Counted from the first letter of the stretch, positions 37,803-48,522 are shown. The stretch: 64,000 nucleotides of DNA from Archaeoglobaceae archaeon (GCA_027064525.1 JAMOPJ010000041.1:19690-83689); one strand, 5' to 3'. A program made the numbers and translations. The notes: generated from the letters alone by a model not told the origin.

Positions 37803-38357
37803 TTATCTTTTGCAGATCTTAACGAAGTTCTTGTAGAACTCAACGCCCTTCTCCGTATGGTAAACTTCGGGATGCCACTGAACTCCGTAAATAGGCTTCT
37901 TCTTGTGCCTCATCGCTTCGATCTCGCAGATATCAGATTCGGCGAGTTTCTTGAATTCCTCCGGTAGCTTCTTAACTTCATCCATATGGCTCGCCCAAAC
38001 CTTAAGCTCCTTCGGCAATCCTTCGAATATCTCATCGTCTTCAACTATTCTAACCTTAACTTCAGCGTATCCACCAGCCTTTCCCCTTCCAACTTCTCCA
38101 CCGAAAACCTTCGCTATGAGCTGATGCCCCAAACAGATGCCCAAAATCGGAACGTCAAGTTCCTTCACGTAGAGCTCACAGTTGCCTGTTCTATCCAAAG
38201 ACGGGCCTCCTCCCAAAATTAGACCATCGATATCCTTCAGCTCTTCCACTGGAGTGGTGTTCTCGATTAGCTTAGTTTCCACTCCCAAATCTCTCAGCGT
38301 TCTGTGGATGAGGTGGTTGTATTGCCCGTAGTTGTAAACGACATAGATCTTAACCAT
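37803..38357 (-). CDS. guaAA: GMP synthase (glutamine-hydrolysing) subunit A
   Basis: Class I glutamine amidotransferase: [17 protein letters not shown] and the HPE triad region. Start taken at MVKIYVV (38357); the ORF extends to an ATG at 38396. Confidence 0.85.
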   Translation of the reverse strand: MVKIYVVYNYGQYNHLIHRTLRDLGVETKLIENTTPVEELKDIDGLILGGGPSLDRTGNCELYVKELDVPILGICLGHQLIAKVFGGEVGRGKAGGYAEVKVRIVEDDEIFEGLPKELKVWASHMDEVKKLPEEFKKLAESDICEIEAMRHKKKPIYGVQWHPEVYHTEKGVEFYKNFVKICKR

Positions 38358-38410
38358 CGCAGAAGAGTTCGCATGATGAGATATCAAGTTTTCCATTAAA
38401 ATTTGTAATT

Positions 38411-38459
38411 GGCGGCTTGCCGACGGGCGTTCATCGGTTGGCGAACGCCCACTCCCGCC
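38411..38459 (-). ncRNA. GC-rich stable hairpin: candidate small RNA or structured 5' leader of guaAA
   Basis: 49 nt at about 73% GC. GGCGG (38411-15) pairs with CCGCC (38455-59). GGGCGTTC (38425-32) pairs with GAACGCCC (38443-50). The strand is inferred from the minus-strand TATA box at 38491-98. Confidence 0.35.
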
Positions 38460-38490
38460 GTAACGGCATTGAACTGTAGCCTCCCGATCC

Positions 38491-38498
38491 TTATAAAA
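38491..38498 (-). promoter_or_regulatory. TATA-box-like element upstream of the GC-rich hairpin / guaAA
   Basis: The minus strand reads TTTTATAA. The expected TSS about 22-27 nt downstream falls just 5' of the hairpin. Confidence 0.4.
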
Positions 38499-38499
38499 C

Positions 38500-38733
38500 T
38501 TACTCCTCGGTAATCTCCATCATAGGATATCTCAACCTTTCATCCCACTTCAAAATGGCTTTGACGACGTTCTCGTTAACCCTAACTGTCACCTCCGCAA
38601 AGAGCATCTCCGCATCAAGCGATGTATAACCGAAGGCCGATATCTTCTCTCTGAGCTTATTTCGATCGATCCTAACCTTTACATCCACAACGAACGGTTG
38701 AAGCCTTATACAGCTCTCCATAGCCTTCTCCAA
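38500..38733 (-). CDS. small hypothetical protein
   Basis: 77-aa ORF with a TTG start (ATG at 38721), directly downstream of pssA. No family recognised. Confidence 0.3.
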   Translation of the reverse strand: MEKAMESCIRLQPFVVDVKVRIDRNKLREKISAFGYTSLDAEMLFAEVTVRVNENVVKAILKWDERLRYPMMEITEE

Positions 38734-38795
38734 AATCTCAACGTTCTCGAAATTAACCGGTGCTCCTATAAACTGATGAAAGAGTGCACCAAGCT

Positions 38796-39413
38796 TTATT
38801 CCCGCTTCAAAATGGGCCTTGCTAATGATACCACCCCCGGACTCAAGATGTAGAGCACCAGCATTATAAAGAGAACTAAAACCGCATAGATCGTAAAAGC
38901 GCTTGCAATGATTGTCATTCCACAGACGACCATCAAAATTCTGTTTTTAATTCTAAGATATTCCAGATCGCAGATCATCAAAGCAGACAGCACCACAGCA
39001 AAGATTTCCGAATGCGGCAATCCGAGCTTTATCCAACAGGATAGCGTTAAGGCGGATGCAACGGTTGGCAGTCCAATGAAATCCTCCTTCGAAAGGACAT
39101 TGAACCTCGCAAGTCTTAAGATGCTCGCAATTAGGTAGATCGCCCCCACCCACAGAATTCCCAAGTTGCACAGAATGAGGGCTGGAAAAACTCCAAAGGA
39201 TATCGAATCCGCTAAGGAGTCTAAATCTTTTCCCAATTTGCTCTTTCCCAACCTGTTTGCTATAAACCCATCCATCCCATCCATCAAAGCTGAAAAGTAA
39301 AGAAATTTGAACGCCAAATTGCCTCGGAGGAGAAAATAAATCCCCAAAAATCCCGACAGGGCGTTCAGGATGCTGAAGATATCGGCCAAGCTAAGCTCCC
39401 TGAATATCTTCAT
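38796..39413 (-). CDS. pssA: CDP-alcohol phosphatidyltransferase, archaetidylserine synthase type
   Basis: DGMDGFIANRLGKSKLGKDLDSLADSISFG matches D-G-x2-A-R-x8-G-x3-D-x3-D. Multi-TM protein. Confidence 0.85.
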   Translation of the reverse strand: MKIFRELSLADIFSILNALSGFLGIYFLLRGNLAFKFLYFSALMDGMDGFIANRLGKSKLGKDLDSLADSISFGVFPALILCNLGILWVGAIYLIASILRLARFNVLSKEDFIGLPTVASALTLSCWIKLGLPHSEIFAVVLSALMICDLEYLRIKNRILMVVCGMTIIASAFTIYAVLVLFIMLVLYILSPGVVSLARPILKRE

Positions 39414-39976
39414 ACTTTCACCGCTATCGTTTCCCCCGCTTTAACGGTCTCTCCGACTCTTCTCACGAACCTGTATCCTTCCGGAATTTCAACGATAACC
39501 CTCGAACCGAACCTAATCATTCCTATCCTCTGCCCCTTTCTAACGAAATCCCCCTCCTTGACGTAGCAGACTATTCTCCTCGCGAACATTCCAGCGACTT
39601 GAGTAATCTTAAACATTCCATCATCGTTTTCGATGTATATCTCGTTTCTCATCGCTTTTTCGCTCCTTATGAAGGCGGGAGGCTTGCTACCCTTCTTTAA
39701 GACTATCTTCTTCACGATTCCGTCAACCGGCGATCGATTTACGTGGCAATCGAACGGGCGCATGAATATCTCAAGCCTGTTTCCCTCCAAATGATCTATC
39801 TTGCCATCGGCCGGAGAGATCACACCCTCACCGATCTCTCTTTCCGGATCTCGAAAGAACATGGCCGTGAAGATCACTGCAATTGTCAGAAGGATTAGAA
39901 TAATCCTGAATTTGAAGAATAGGGGTAGCATGAGTAGTTCTATCGCTATCAGCTTAAGTCCTGTCCTTTCTATCAT
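39410..39976 (-). CDS. psd: phosphatidylserine (archaetidylserine) decarboxylase-related protein
   Basis: N-terminal TM, FDCHVNRSPVDG, and MIRFGSRV (the G-S self-cleavage region of pyruvoyl PSDs). A 4-nt overlap with pssA. Confidence 0.8.
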   Translation of the reverse strand: MIERTGLKLIAIELLMLPLFFKFRIILILLTIAVIFTAMFFRDPEREIGEGVISPADGKIDHLEGNRLEIFMRPFDCHVNRSPVDGIVKKIVLKKGSKPPAFIRSEKAMRNEIYIENDDGMFKITQVAGMFARRIVCYVKEGDFVRKGQRIGMIRFGSRVIVEIPEGYRFVRRVGETVKAGETIAVKV

Positions 39977-40721
39977 GCTTCCAGACCTCCACCAATTCCT
40001 CTTTGAGGTTGTATATTAGATCCGCCAGCTCGGGAAGTATTTTGAACACACCCAGCGATATCAGTATCAGTGCGATCGTTGCGAGTATCTTGCATATAAC
40101 ATGGTGTGCAATATAAAAGCTGTTTTCCCCGAACCACTCGTTTCCGTATGCTACGAGCACGAAGACGTTTCTGAACAGGTTTAAAATATATATCACCGGA
40201 ACAGAGATCATGAAGGCCTTGAGCCTTCTGCTGAAATCCGCTCTAACTCCAAGAGTGGCTCCGGCAAACAACGCCATGCTCTCTATACCAGTGCAGGCTA
40301 AGATTATCTCCACATGCTTGCCATTAAAGTAGAGTTTGTTGTATGCGACCTTTTCAAATTCGAATCCGAGCAGATGGGCTAAAGATACGGTTTGATTCGC
40401 AACGACATTTATGATCAGTTTTTTAAGCCACGGGTTGATCGCAAACGGGAAGTAGAAGAGAGCTGATAAGGCTGAGAATGCCGTAACGTCAACGAGAACA
40501 TCCAGCCTCCTCGTTCTCAATATAGTCAACCCTATAATTGTAAATAAAACGAATGCTAAAATCATCACAACCGTGTTGAAGTAGTCCGCAATGGAAATGT
40601 AATAAGGAACCATCAAAAGCCACACCAAACCGAAAAGTATCCAGCTAACGCAACCTACAAACCTGTTCTTGCTTACAACAAACGTAAACATGAGCGCCAC
40701 TGCCAAGAAAACGATGAACAT
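39954..40721 (-). CDS. archaeosortase-family (exosortase/archaeosortase) membrane protein
   Basis: Polytopic membrane protein with ILACTGIESMALF (catalytic Cys), NLFRNVFV (Arg) and a late IAHHV (His). Subfamily not assignable by eye. Confidence 0.7.
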   Translation of the reverse strand: MFIVFLAVALMFTFVVSKNRFVGCVSWILFGLVWLLMVPYYISIADYFNTVVMILAFVLFTIIGLTILRTRRLDVLVDVTAFSALSALFYFPFAINPWLKKLIINVVANQTVSLAHLLGFEFEKVAYNKLYFNGKHVEIILACTGIESMALFAGATLGVRADFSRRLKAFMISVPVIYILNLFRNVFVLVAYGNEWFGENSFYIAHHVICKILATIALILISLGVFKILPELADLIYNLKEELVEVWKHDRKDRT

Positions 40722-40755
40722 GATCGAAAGCTAATGCTTCGATACTTAAGAATTC

Positions 40756-42659
40756 CTAAAGCTGCGATCTCCTGCTCTTATACTCCAAGAACAGCAATTC
40801 GAGCTTATCAATTTTTTTCTTCTTCATATCTTCGATCTTGAGATTGTATAACTTTTCAAACTTCTCGGAATTGATTATTGCAAGATCTTCTCCAATCTCC
40901 ATCTCCACCTCACTCTTATCTATCACCGGAATTCCCCTCTCCTCAAACACCGACTTCGCAAGGTGTGACATCTCGTTTCTGACGATAACCGCCTTTATCT
41001 TCTTATCACATAGGTATTCCGCAGTCACCTTACCCCCTCCGCTCGAATCCTCTATGTATATTACATCTCCTTCGTTTATGCCCAACGATTTCTCTAACCT
41101 CTCTATTTCGTCCCTCGTAAACTTCTTCAGCACCTTTATACCCTTCCAGCCTCTGAACTCGAGAATTTTCATTCTCTTTAGAACTTCGATCCTTTTATTA
41201 AGCTCCTCTATCATCCTGTCCTTCTCTCTTAGCTCCTTCCTTAGCTCTTTGAGTTCGTGCTCAAGCGTTTTTATGTAGTTCTCTCTCCTAACCCTCTCGT
41301 GCTCTTCTTTGGACAGCGTCACTATCCTCGCTCTCAACCTTTCTATCTCGTCTTTTAAGCTCTTTATCTCCTTTCTCAGCAGTCTGTTCTCCTCCTCAAG
41401 CTCTCTGATAATCCTATCCTTTCTCAACAGATCATCTCTTAAAGCCTTGACTTCCTCCGACTGCGATGGAGGTTCAGCCTCCTTCTTATCCTTGCTCTCC
41501 TCTCCGGCGATTATATCCTTGAGTGGAGTTCCCCTGATGATCTCAGCCTTTACAGCATCAACATCCATTCCCATCGGGATCCTCTTCTCCACATTCCTCA
41601 GCTTATTCTTGTAGGAATTGTAGGCATCCATTGCCGCTGCTATCGCATCCCTCTCGTGATCGTTCAGAAATACGAATTTGGAAGTCAGATGCCTCTTCCT
41701 CTCAACACTCATATCATCTCTCGGCGTATGCAGAACCGCCTGAAATGAAGCTCTGAGCTTTAAAACGAATTCAGGGGGATTGCTCTTGTCAGTGGCTATA
41801 ACGACCGGCTTACCCAAGGATGTGATGTATTCTATGACTTCGGAAGGATTCCAACCCTTCTTACTCTTAACTCCAAGCACGTTTCCGTTCAAATCCAAAA
41901 CGGCTACAGCAGTAGTTGTTCCCGGATCAACTCCAACGATAACATGCGGCTTCGACTTTTTGAGTGGAATAAATTCTATCTTGTCCTTCTCCACCGCAGA
42001 AACCTTAACCTGAACATCCCTCGTTCTGAACGAGTTTATGGGAACCTTTTCCTTTGGAGCGTTCACTATCAAAGTTCCCTTAGAAATACCTCCATAAGCT
42101 TCTCTAACGTCTTCAACGTATTCAAGTCCTAATTCGTCGAGTTTCTTCTTGATCTCTTTGAAAACCCTTCTAACCGCATCGTGCACCTTCCTTCTGTATT
42201 TGTTCTGTCTCCAGCCACCCTTTCCCAAGCTTCTGTTCCTTGAAACGGTGATTATCGTCTTGTCTATGAAGACGGATACCTCCTCCCCAACCCCAAGCTT
42301 CGCGAGGTATGCACAAGCTTTCGCTTCGTCCATTGGACTTCTGATGTTTATCTTGAGCCCGTAACGCTTGGCTAAACTCGGCAGAGAGCCGAGATGCCCG
42401 GAAACCTGAACGAGCTTCGTAGTGAAAGGAATCTGCCTCAAAAAGGCTACGAGCTCTTCTTTAGACTTAAAAAGCTCATATATGTTATCAACTGAAACCA
42501 TAGAAGGCTTAAATTCTCTAATCATTCTAAAGAGCTTGCTTCTCGAAATTCCAAACTTTTCGATCTCATTCCCGTTGTCGATTATAAAGACAGCATATCT
42601 CGGCTTTATTTTTCCTTGGAGTGAGCCTTTGATGATGTCTACACCAAATATGCAGGTCA

Positions 42660-42660
<1 letters not shown>
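40756..42660 (-). CDS. DUF460/COG2433-type protein (RNase H/RuvC-like fold plus coiled coil)
   Basis: IFGVDI...YAV and VGVDPGTTTAVAVLDLNG..L (RuvC/YqgF-like Asp motifs), a central heptad-rich region of about 120 aa, and a C-terminal globular domain. Confidence 0.65.
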
Positions 42661-43849
<1,189 letters not shown>

Positions 43850-43892
43850 ATAGTTGTTTGGTTGAGGAGAGATATATCGATTACCAAAATCC

Positions 43893-43899
43893 TTATATC
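43893..43899 (+). promoter_or_regulatory. TATA-box-like element for tRNA-Gln
   Basis: TTATATC lies 23 nt upstream of the mature tRNA 5' end. Confidence 0.45.
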
Positions 43900-43922
43900 T
43901 CTAGATGGCAATTCTGCAATGA

Positions 43923-43995
43923 AGCCCCGTAGGGTAGTGGTCAATCCTGCGGGACTCTGGATCCCGCGACCCCGGTTCGAATCCGGGCGGGGCTA
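43923..43995 (+). tRNA. tRNA-Gln (anticodon CUG)
   Basis: Hand-folded cloverleaf. Acceptor AGCCCCG/CGGGGCT (A1-U72, as in archaeal tRNA-Gln). Anticodon stem CGGGA/TCCCG with loop CTCTGGA. T arm CCCGG-TTCGAAT-CCGGG. Discriminator A. CCA is not encoded. Confidence 0.9.
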
Positions 43996-44023
43996 TAATG
44001 CTAAGCACGTATAACCGATGCTC

Positions 44024-44037
44024 TTTTGAATTTTTTT
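44024..44037 (+). terminator. T-run putative terminator after tRNA-Gln
   Basis: CTTTTG then TTTTTTT, about 30-40 nt after the tRNA 3' end. Confidence 0.4.
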
Positions 44038-44038
44038 A

Positions 44039-45505
44039 TTAGTTGTAAAATCTCAATCTCGCGATATCTCCGTTGTAATAGACCGCCACATTTCCCGGCA
44101 TCGGGTTCAGATTAACCTTCTTCTGGAACTCCGTCTGCGACTGCCACGTGCTCGAATTTATGAGAAAAACGCCTCTGTAAACTCCAACGCTGTATGTGTG
44201 AACGTGTCCGCAGTGCAGAATATCCGGAATTTCATCTATCACAAGCCAGTCTTCCTTTTCGGGAGCGATTGGAGATTTCTCACCATATCTCGGTGAGAGG
44301 TGTCTTCTCTTCAGGAGTTCTATCATAGCCTCATGAGGTTTTTCGTAGCTCAACCTTGGGATCTTCGTGATTATATCATCCAGACTCCTTCCGTGGTAGA
44401 TCAGAACCTTCAAGCCGTCGAGCTCCACGTAGGCGGGATTTCCAACATGGATGACGTTGTTGGAGAAGAGATCACGATACTCCTTCGGCAAAGCTGGCTG
44501 AGGCTCTGCTTGTCTTATCGCATCGTGATTTCCAACGGAGAGGATTATCTTCACGTCTTTCGGAATCTTGTCCAACTGCTCGGCAGCGAATTCATACTGC
44601 CCGCAGATGTCCAGTATCGTCAGATCCTTCTCCTGATCTGGATAGATTCCAACTCCATCGACTATATCTCCAGCGATAATGACATATCTGACCTTCTCAG
44701 CCAACTCGACAACTTTCCCTTCTCCAAGCTCTCCGTTCAGCCAGTCCGTGAACATGTTCCATTCCTTCTGCAAGAATTCCTTACTTCCGAAGTGCGTGTC
44801 GGATATGAAAACGACTCCAAAGTCGAACTTGGCTTTATCATTCATCGGAACATCGGGAAATATTATCCTGTCCGCTATGACGTTTCTCCCTCGAACGGTT
44901 CCTATGACTCCTATTACCTCATCCCCCAAAAGCTCCAAAGCCTGATCTTTCAGCCTATCCGTAGCTATGACGTTCACTATGCCCGTCTTATCTTCAAGCT
45001 CGATTATTGCTGAGTTGTTCTGAGTCTCTCTGACGGAGTTAACGATACCTATCAGCTCGACCTGCTCACCGTTGAGCCTACCAAGTGTAGATATTGGAAC
45101 GGGCCTTATTCTCTTCCTCAAAATCTTCGATAGCTTTTCGAACCTCGAATTGAAGTAGGCTACGAAGTCCTCTATACTTCCCTCGCACGATGATTTGCCG
45201 GTTATGTCCTTTATCTTTATACCTTCACTCTGCTTGTAAATCTGTTTTGTCTGAGCCTTGGATTTCTGTTCCGTCTCTCTAACCCTAGCCTTCCTTTCGA
45301 ATTCTCTTATGGTATCCAAAACGGAAAGAATATCATCAGGGGTAATTATAAAACTATCAACGAGTTTACATATGTGGGATATAACAAAATCGATGTTTTG
45401 GGGATCTACGTTCTTTTTGAGGACCTCTATGGCAGAAGGATGAACGTTATAACCGTGCATTGCGAATTTGGCAACGATGAGCTTGGTATCGATTCCGTTG
45501 TGCAT
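44039..45505 (-). CDS. polB: DNA polymerase II (PolD) small subunit DP1
   Basis: N-terminal helical domain, OB fold, and calcineurin-like phosphoesterase motifs VVFISDTHFGS, AGDIVDG, GNHD and CGHVH. Confidence 0.9.
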   Translation of the reverse strand: MHNGIDTKLIVAKFAMHGYNVHPSAIEVLKKNVDPQNIDFVISHICKLVDSFIITPDDILSVLDTIREFERKARVRETEQKSKAQTKQIYKQSEGIKIKDITGKSSCEGSIEDFVAYFNSRFEKLSKILRKRIRPVPISTLGRLNGEQVELIGIVNSVRETQNNSAIIELEDKTGIVNVIATDRLKDQALELLGDEVIGVIGTVRGRNVIADRIIFPDVPMNDKAKFDFGVVFISDTHFGSKEFLQKEWNMFTDWLNGELGEGKVVELAEKVRYVIIAGDIVDGVGIYPDQEKDLTILDICGQYEFAAEQLDKIPKDVKIILSVGNHDAIRQAEPQPALPKEYRDLFSNNVIHVGNPAYVELDGLKVLIYHGRSLDDIITKIPRLSYEKPHEAMIELLKRRHLSPRYGEKSPIAPEKEDWLVIDEIPDILHCGHVHTYSVGVYRGVFLINSSTWQSQTEFQKKVNLNPMPGNVAVYYNGDIARLRFYN

Positions 45506-45671
45506 ATATCATACACCGACGCGTTAACCTTAACGCTTTCGGTTACCTCATTTATCGAGATATTAAATTTTTATATAAATTCATTTTATACTTTCTAGTG
45601 TCGATTTAAAGTCTTACCGTCGCACCGACGGTCGGCATAACATTTTAATCACATCAACGTTAGCTCTTTGC

Positions 45672-46220
45672 ATGGATTACAGAGCGATCGCGAAGGATGT
45701 GATCTCAACTCTGCTTACAGTAGCGATTATAATCGGCGTAGGCATCGCGATAACCGGAACTTGGCCGTTCATGGTTGCCGTGCAATCGGGAAGCATGGAA
45801 CCCCATCTCCACATCGGCGATGTTGTTATACTCGTAAGCCCGAGCAAGACGAGGATCGTCACTTGGGTTGAGGGGAAGCAGGAGGACTACAAGATGTTCG
45901 GTGACTACGGGGATGTCATAGTTTACTATCCAAACGGTGACAAGAGGATAACACCCATAATCCACAGGGTCATCGCTTGGGTAAATAAGGGGGATAGAAT
46001 TCCGATTTTAGACCACAGAACCGGAAAGCTCGTTCTATCCAACGTTATTGCACAGAGTTCCGGCTACATAACTCAAGGCGATCACAACTCGTTCCCCGAC
46101 CAGCTTGCGGAGCTGAACGGGAAAAGAATCCAACCCGTGCAAGATTCGTGGATCGTCGGCGTTGCCAAGTTCAGGATACCTTACGTCGGATACTTCAGAC
46201 TGATACTGCAGAGGATTTAG
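45672..46220 (+). CDS. signal peptidase I, archaeal/ER (S26B, Sec11) type
   Basis: N-terminal TM, VQSGSMEPHLHIGDVVIL (catalytic Ser box), IIHRVI and GD.N..PD. Confidence 0.8.
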   Translation: MDYRAIAKDVISTLLTVAIIIGVGIAITGTWPFMVAVQSGSMEPHLHIGDVVILVSPSKTRIVTWVEGKQEDYKMFGDYGDVIVYYPNGDKRITPIIHRVIAWVNKGDRIPILDHRTGKLVLSNVIAQSSGYITQGDHNSFPDQLAELNGKRIQPVQDSWIVGVAKFRIPYVGYFRLILQRI

Positions 46221-46792
46221 TCGAGCATACCCTTTATGCTTCTCACATCCTTACCAACGATCCTAACTGCTTTACCAAAAGCGATTCCGAACGCTTTAAA
46301 GGAAGCTTCCATCATGTGGTGAGCGTTGAAACCCTTAACTGAAAGATAGACGTTCAGCCCAGCGTTTTTGCATAGTGTGTCGAAGAAATGAACGAAGTTC
46401 TCGAATTTGATTCCAGAATTCTCAATTTTGCCTTCGAAGTTGTAGTAACCCCTCCCACTTATGTCAACTGCACAGATCGCTATCGCATCGTCCATCGGAA
46501 CAATCGCATCTCCGAACCTCGCTATTCCCTTTTTGTCTCCTAAGGCTTTCTTTATAGCTAAACCCAAAGCTATGGCCACATCCTCTATGGTATGGTGCTC
46601 CTCAACATCTAAATCGCCCTTAGCTTCGATTTCAAGCCCAATTTCGGAATACTTGGCAAAGCTGTTGAGCATGTGATCGAAGAATGAGATACCAGTGTTT
46701 ATCTTTGCATAACTTTCATCTAAATCGATCGTAACGGTAACGTCCACCTCCCTTGTCTTTCTCCTCACGATTGCCTTCCTCTTTACTCTCAT
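46217..46792 (-). CDS. hisB: imidazoleglycerol-phosphate dehydratase
   Basis: R.T.E..V.V..DLD, GISFFDHML, EEHHTIEDVAIALG and NAHH..EA.FKA. Confidence 0.9.
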   Translation of the reverse strand: MRVKRKAIVRRKTREVDVTVTIDLDESYAKINTGISFFDHMLNSFAKYSEIGLEIEAKGDLDVEEHHTIEDVAIALGLAIKKALGDKKGIARFGDAIVPMDDAIAICAVDISGRGYYNFEGKIENSGIKFENFVHFFDTLCKNAGLNVYLSVKGFNAHHMMEASFKAFGIAFGKAVRIVGKDVRSIKGMLD

Positions 46793-46793
46793 A

Positions 46794-47510
46794 TTAATCC
46801 TCCTCCAAATCTAAAAGATCTTCGAGCCTAAGCTTGCCTAAATAGAGAGCAGAGCCGATCACAACACCCACCGCTCCGGTTTCTTTAATCTTTACTACAT
46901 CATCCCTCGTCGTAATTCCTCCAGCAACGTAAACCGGCAGCTCCGTCTTTTCAACCAAATTTCTGATCTTATCGAGGACTATTCCGGACACAAGCCCCTC
47001 AACGTCCACGTTTGTGTATAGCAGTGAAACCTCGCGATCCTCATACAGCCTAGCAACCTCAAGGGGAGTCAGATCAGTCGCCTTTCGCCAGCCCTCAACT
47101 ACCACTCTATCCTTCTTCGCATCGACAGCAACCATCACCCTTCCCGGATACTCTTCCGCCAACCCTTTGACTGCCTTTACATCCTCAATTGCTATCGTTC
47201 CAAGTATCACCCTATCTATTCCCGCTTCGAGTAACCTCTTTGCGGTTTCTACGCTTCTGATTCCCCCTCCAACCTGCATCTCCACCTTAACCCTCCTTCG
47301 AATCTCGATGATCACATCCTCATGTCTTAGCCTTCCTTTGAACGCTCCATCCAAATCTATGACGTGCAAAACCCTCGCACCCTTCTTCACCCACATTTCC
47401 GCCACATTAATTGGATTTTCGATTTGAACCGTAATCTCTTCCTCTCTACCCTGCCTAAGCCTGACGACCTTTCCATCCTTAAGGTCAACGGCCGGAATAA
47501 CCCTAAACAT
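46794..47510 (-). CDS. hisA: ProFAR isomerase HisA
   Basis: MFRVIPAVDLKDGKVVRL.QG, VIDLDGA, QVGGGIR and VIGSALY. Start taken at ATG 47510; the longer ORF to 47648 is an overlap artefact. Confidence 0.9.
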   Translation of the reverse strand: MFRVIPAVDLKDGKVVRLRQGREEEITVQIENPINVAEMWVKKGARVLHVIDLDGAFKGRLRHEDVIIEIRRRVKVEMQVGGGIRSVETAKRLLEAGIDRVILGTIAIEDVKAVKGLAEEYPGRVMVAVDAKKDRVVVEGWRKATDLTPLEVARLYEDREVSLLYTNVDVEGLVSGIVLDKIRNLVEKTELPVYVAGGITTRDDVVKIKETGAVGVVIGSALYLGKLRLEDLLDLEED

Positions 47511-48522
47511 CGATGACAAACCTCCCCTTCCTCTCATCCCACTCCGCACTTTTAACGATTTCTTCAAGTGCCTCGTCGTCCAAAACGATGTATCCCAATT
47601 CGGAGCAGACTTCATAGAAGTCCTCCCTCTTGATGTTGAGCCAGTCAAACTTCCCGAAATCCGATTTCCTAACGACTCTGAACGGTCTCTCCTTTACATC
47701 TATTCGAACGGTCAGCTTCGGCAACTCCTTTCTCAGCCTCCACCTCGCAACGAGTCTGCTCTGAACTCTCCTTATTGCAGATTCCACATCCTCTCCGTCG
47801 AGCACGACTCTGAGAATTATCTCCGCTATCGTGTTCAGCCTGTCTGGAACTCCTATGATGTCCCCTCTGAGCAGAATTCTCATCGATCTGAACTCTATCC
47901 CATCCTTCTTTAGCATATTTCCGAGCTTGGATGTCCAGCCCGTCTTGTTTCCAACCTTGTCAACGATCCCACCGATTATGTAGCACTCCGCCTTTTGCCC
48001 CTCAAAAACCTCTTCACCAAAAGGATCGAGCAGGATGATATCCTTAATTCCCTTCTCTTTGATGAATTCAGCCGTCGAAGGATAGTAAACTCCAATCCCA
48101 CAATCCAAAGCCGTGACGATGAGTTTTTCATCCCACATGAATTTCCTAACAACTCCGAGCGTTTGAGAGATTTGCAAGAGTAATTTTCTCTTCTCCTTCT
48201 CGATGTGCCTATCGTAGAACGAGCAGTCTATAACTATGTAAGGGAAGAACTCATTCTCTGCCTCCCTCAAAAGCTCTTCCCTCGTCAACATCGCATCCTC
48301 GCAACTCCCAACGAAAGCTTGAGCTTGAGCGTCGATTCTATTGCCGTTCAAATCGAAAGCTACTCCTTTGTGGCCTCTACAAACGTTAGCCTTGCCATTA
48401 GCGATCCAGACCGCCATCATCTGAATGACATCATCGCTTTCAAGTATTCTTTCGATATTCGTTGAGATCGTCTCGATTCCCCTCTCGCTAAGCATTCGAA
48501 CGAAGACATCCTTAAGTCTCAC
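47503..48522 (-). CDS. trm10: tRNA (purine-9 N1)-methyltransferase Trm10 (SPOUT)
   Basis: Collinear with my recollection of Thermococcus Trm10: DVF...L.E.GI, FDLNGNR.D, IDC..YD.H..KEK, ILLDP..EEV, IIGGIVD, LRGD..GVPDR.N and ARWRLRKELPK. Confidence 0.7.
   Translation of the reverse strand: MRLKDVFVRMLSERGIETISTNIERILESDDVIQMMAVWIANGKANVCRGHKGVAFDLNGNRIDAQAQAFVGSCEDAMLTREELLREAENEFFPYIVIDCSFYDRHIEKEKRKLLLQISQTLGVVRKFMWDEKLIVTALDCGIGVYYPSTAEFIKEKGIKDIILLDPFGEEVFEGQKAECYIIGGIVDKVGNKTGWTSKLGNMLKKDGIEFRSMRILLRGDIIGVPDRLNTIAEIILRVVLDGEDVESAIRRVQSRLVARWRLRKELPKLTVRIDVKERPFRVVRKSDFGKFDWLNIKREDFYEVCSELGYIVLDDEALEEIVKSAEWDERKGRFVIDV

Noticed and set aside
38403-38470. H/ACA guide sRNA interpretation of the GC-rich hairpin. 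The minus strand has a lower stem, pocket, upper stem, then AATTACA.
   Set aside because: The ACA lies 4 nt beyond the lower stem and about 19 nt from the top of the pocket, whereas about 14-16 nt is expected. The pocket is very asymmetric (4/9 nt). I see no convincing K-turn or K-loop in the apical loop. It is kept only as a generic structured-RNA candidate.
38734-38945. The reading frame of the 77-aa ORF stays open about 70 codons further upstream.
   Set aside because: The extension contains no ATG, GTG or TTG and lies inside the well-supported pssA gene in another frame. It is a coincidental open frame.
44300-45013. 237-aa plus-strand ORF.
   Set aside because: It is antisense to the well-supported PolD DP1 gene, with no recognisable motifs. 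The same reasoning applies to 62625-63392 (antisense to kae1), 59041-59556 (antisense to the chelatase ATPase gene), 15270-15773 (antisense to gyrB) and 29531-30104 (antisense to the reductase gene).
45506-45671. Possible replication origin next to PolD DP1, as in Pyrococcus.
   Set aside because: The spacer is only 166 nt, with no repeated ORB-like elements and no adjacent cdc6/orc1. The only structure is a 6-bp hairpin, CCGTCG-cac-CGACGG (45617-45631).
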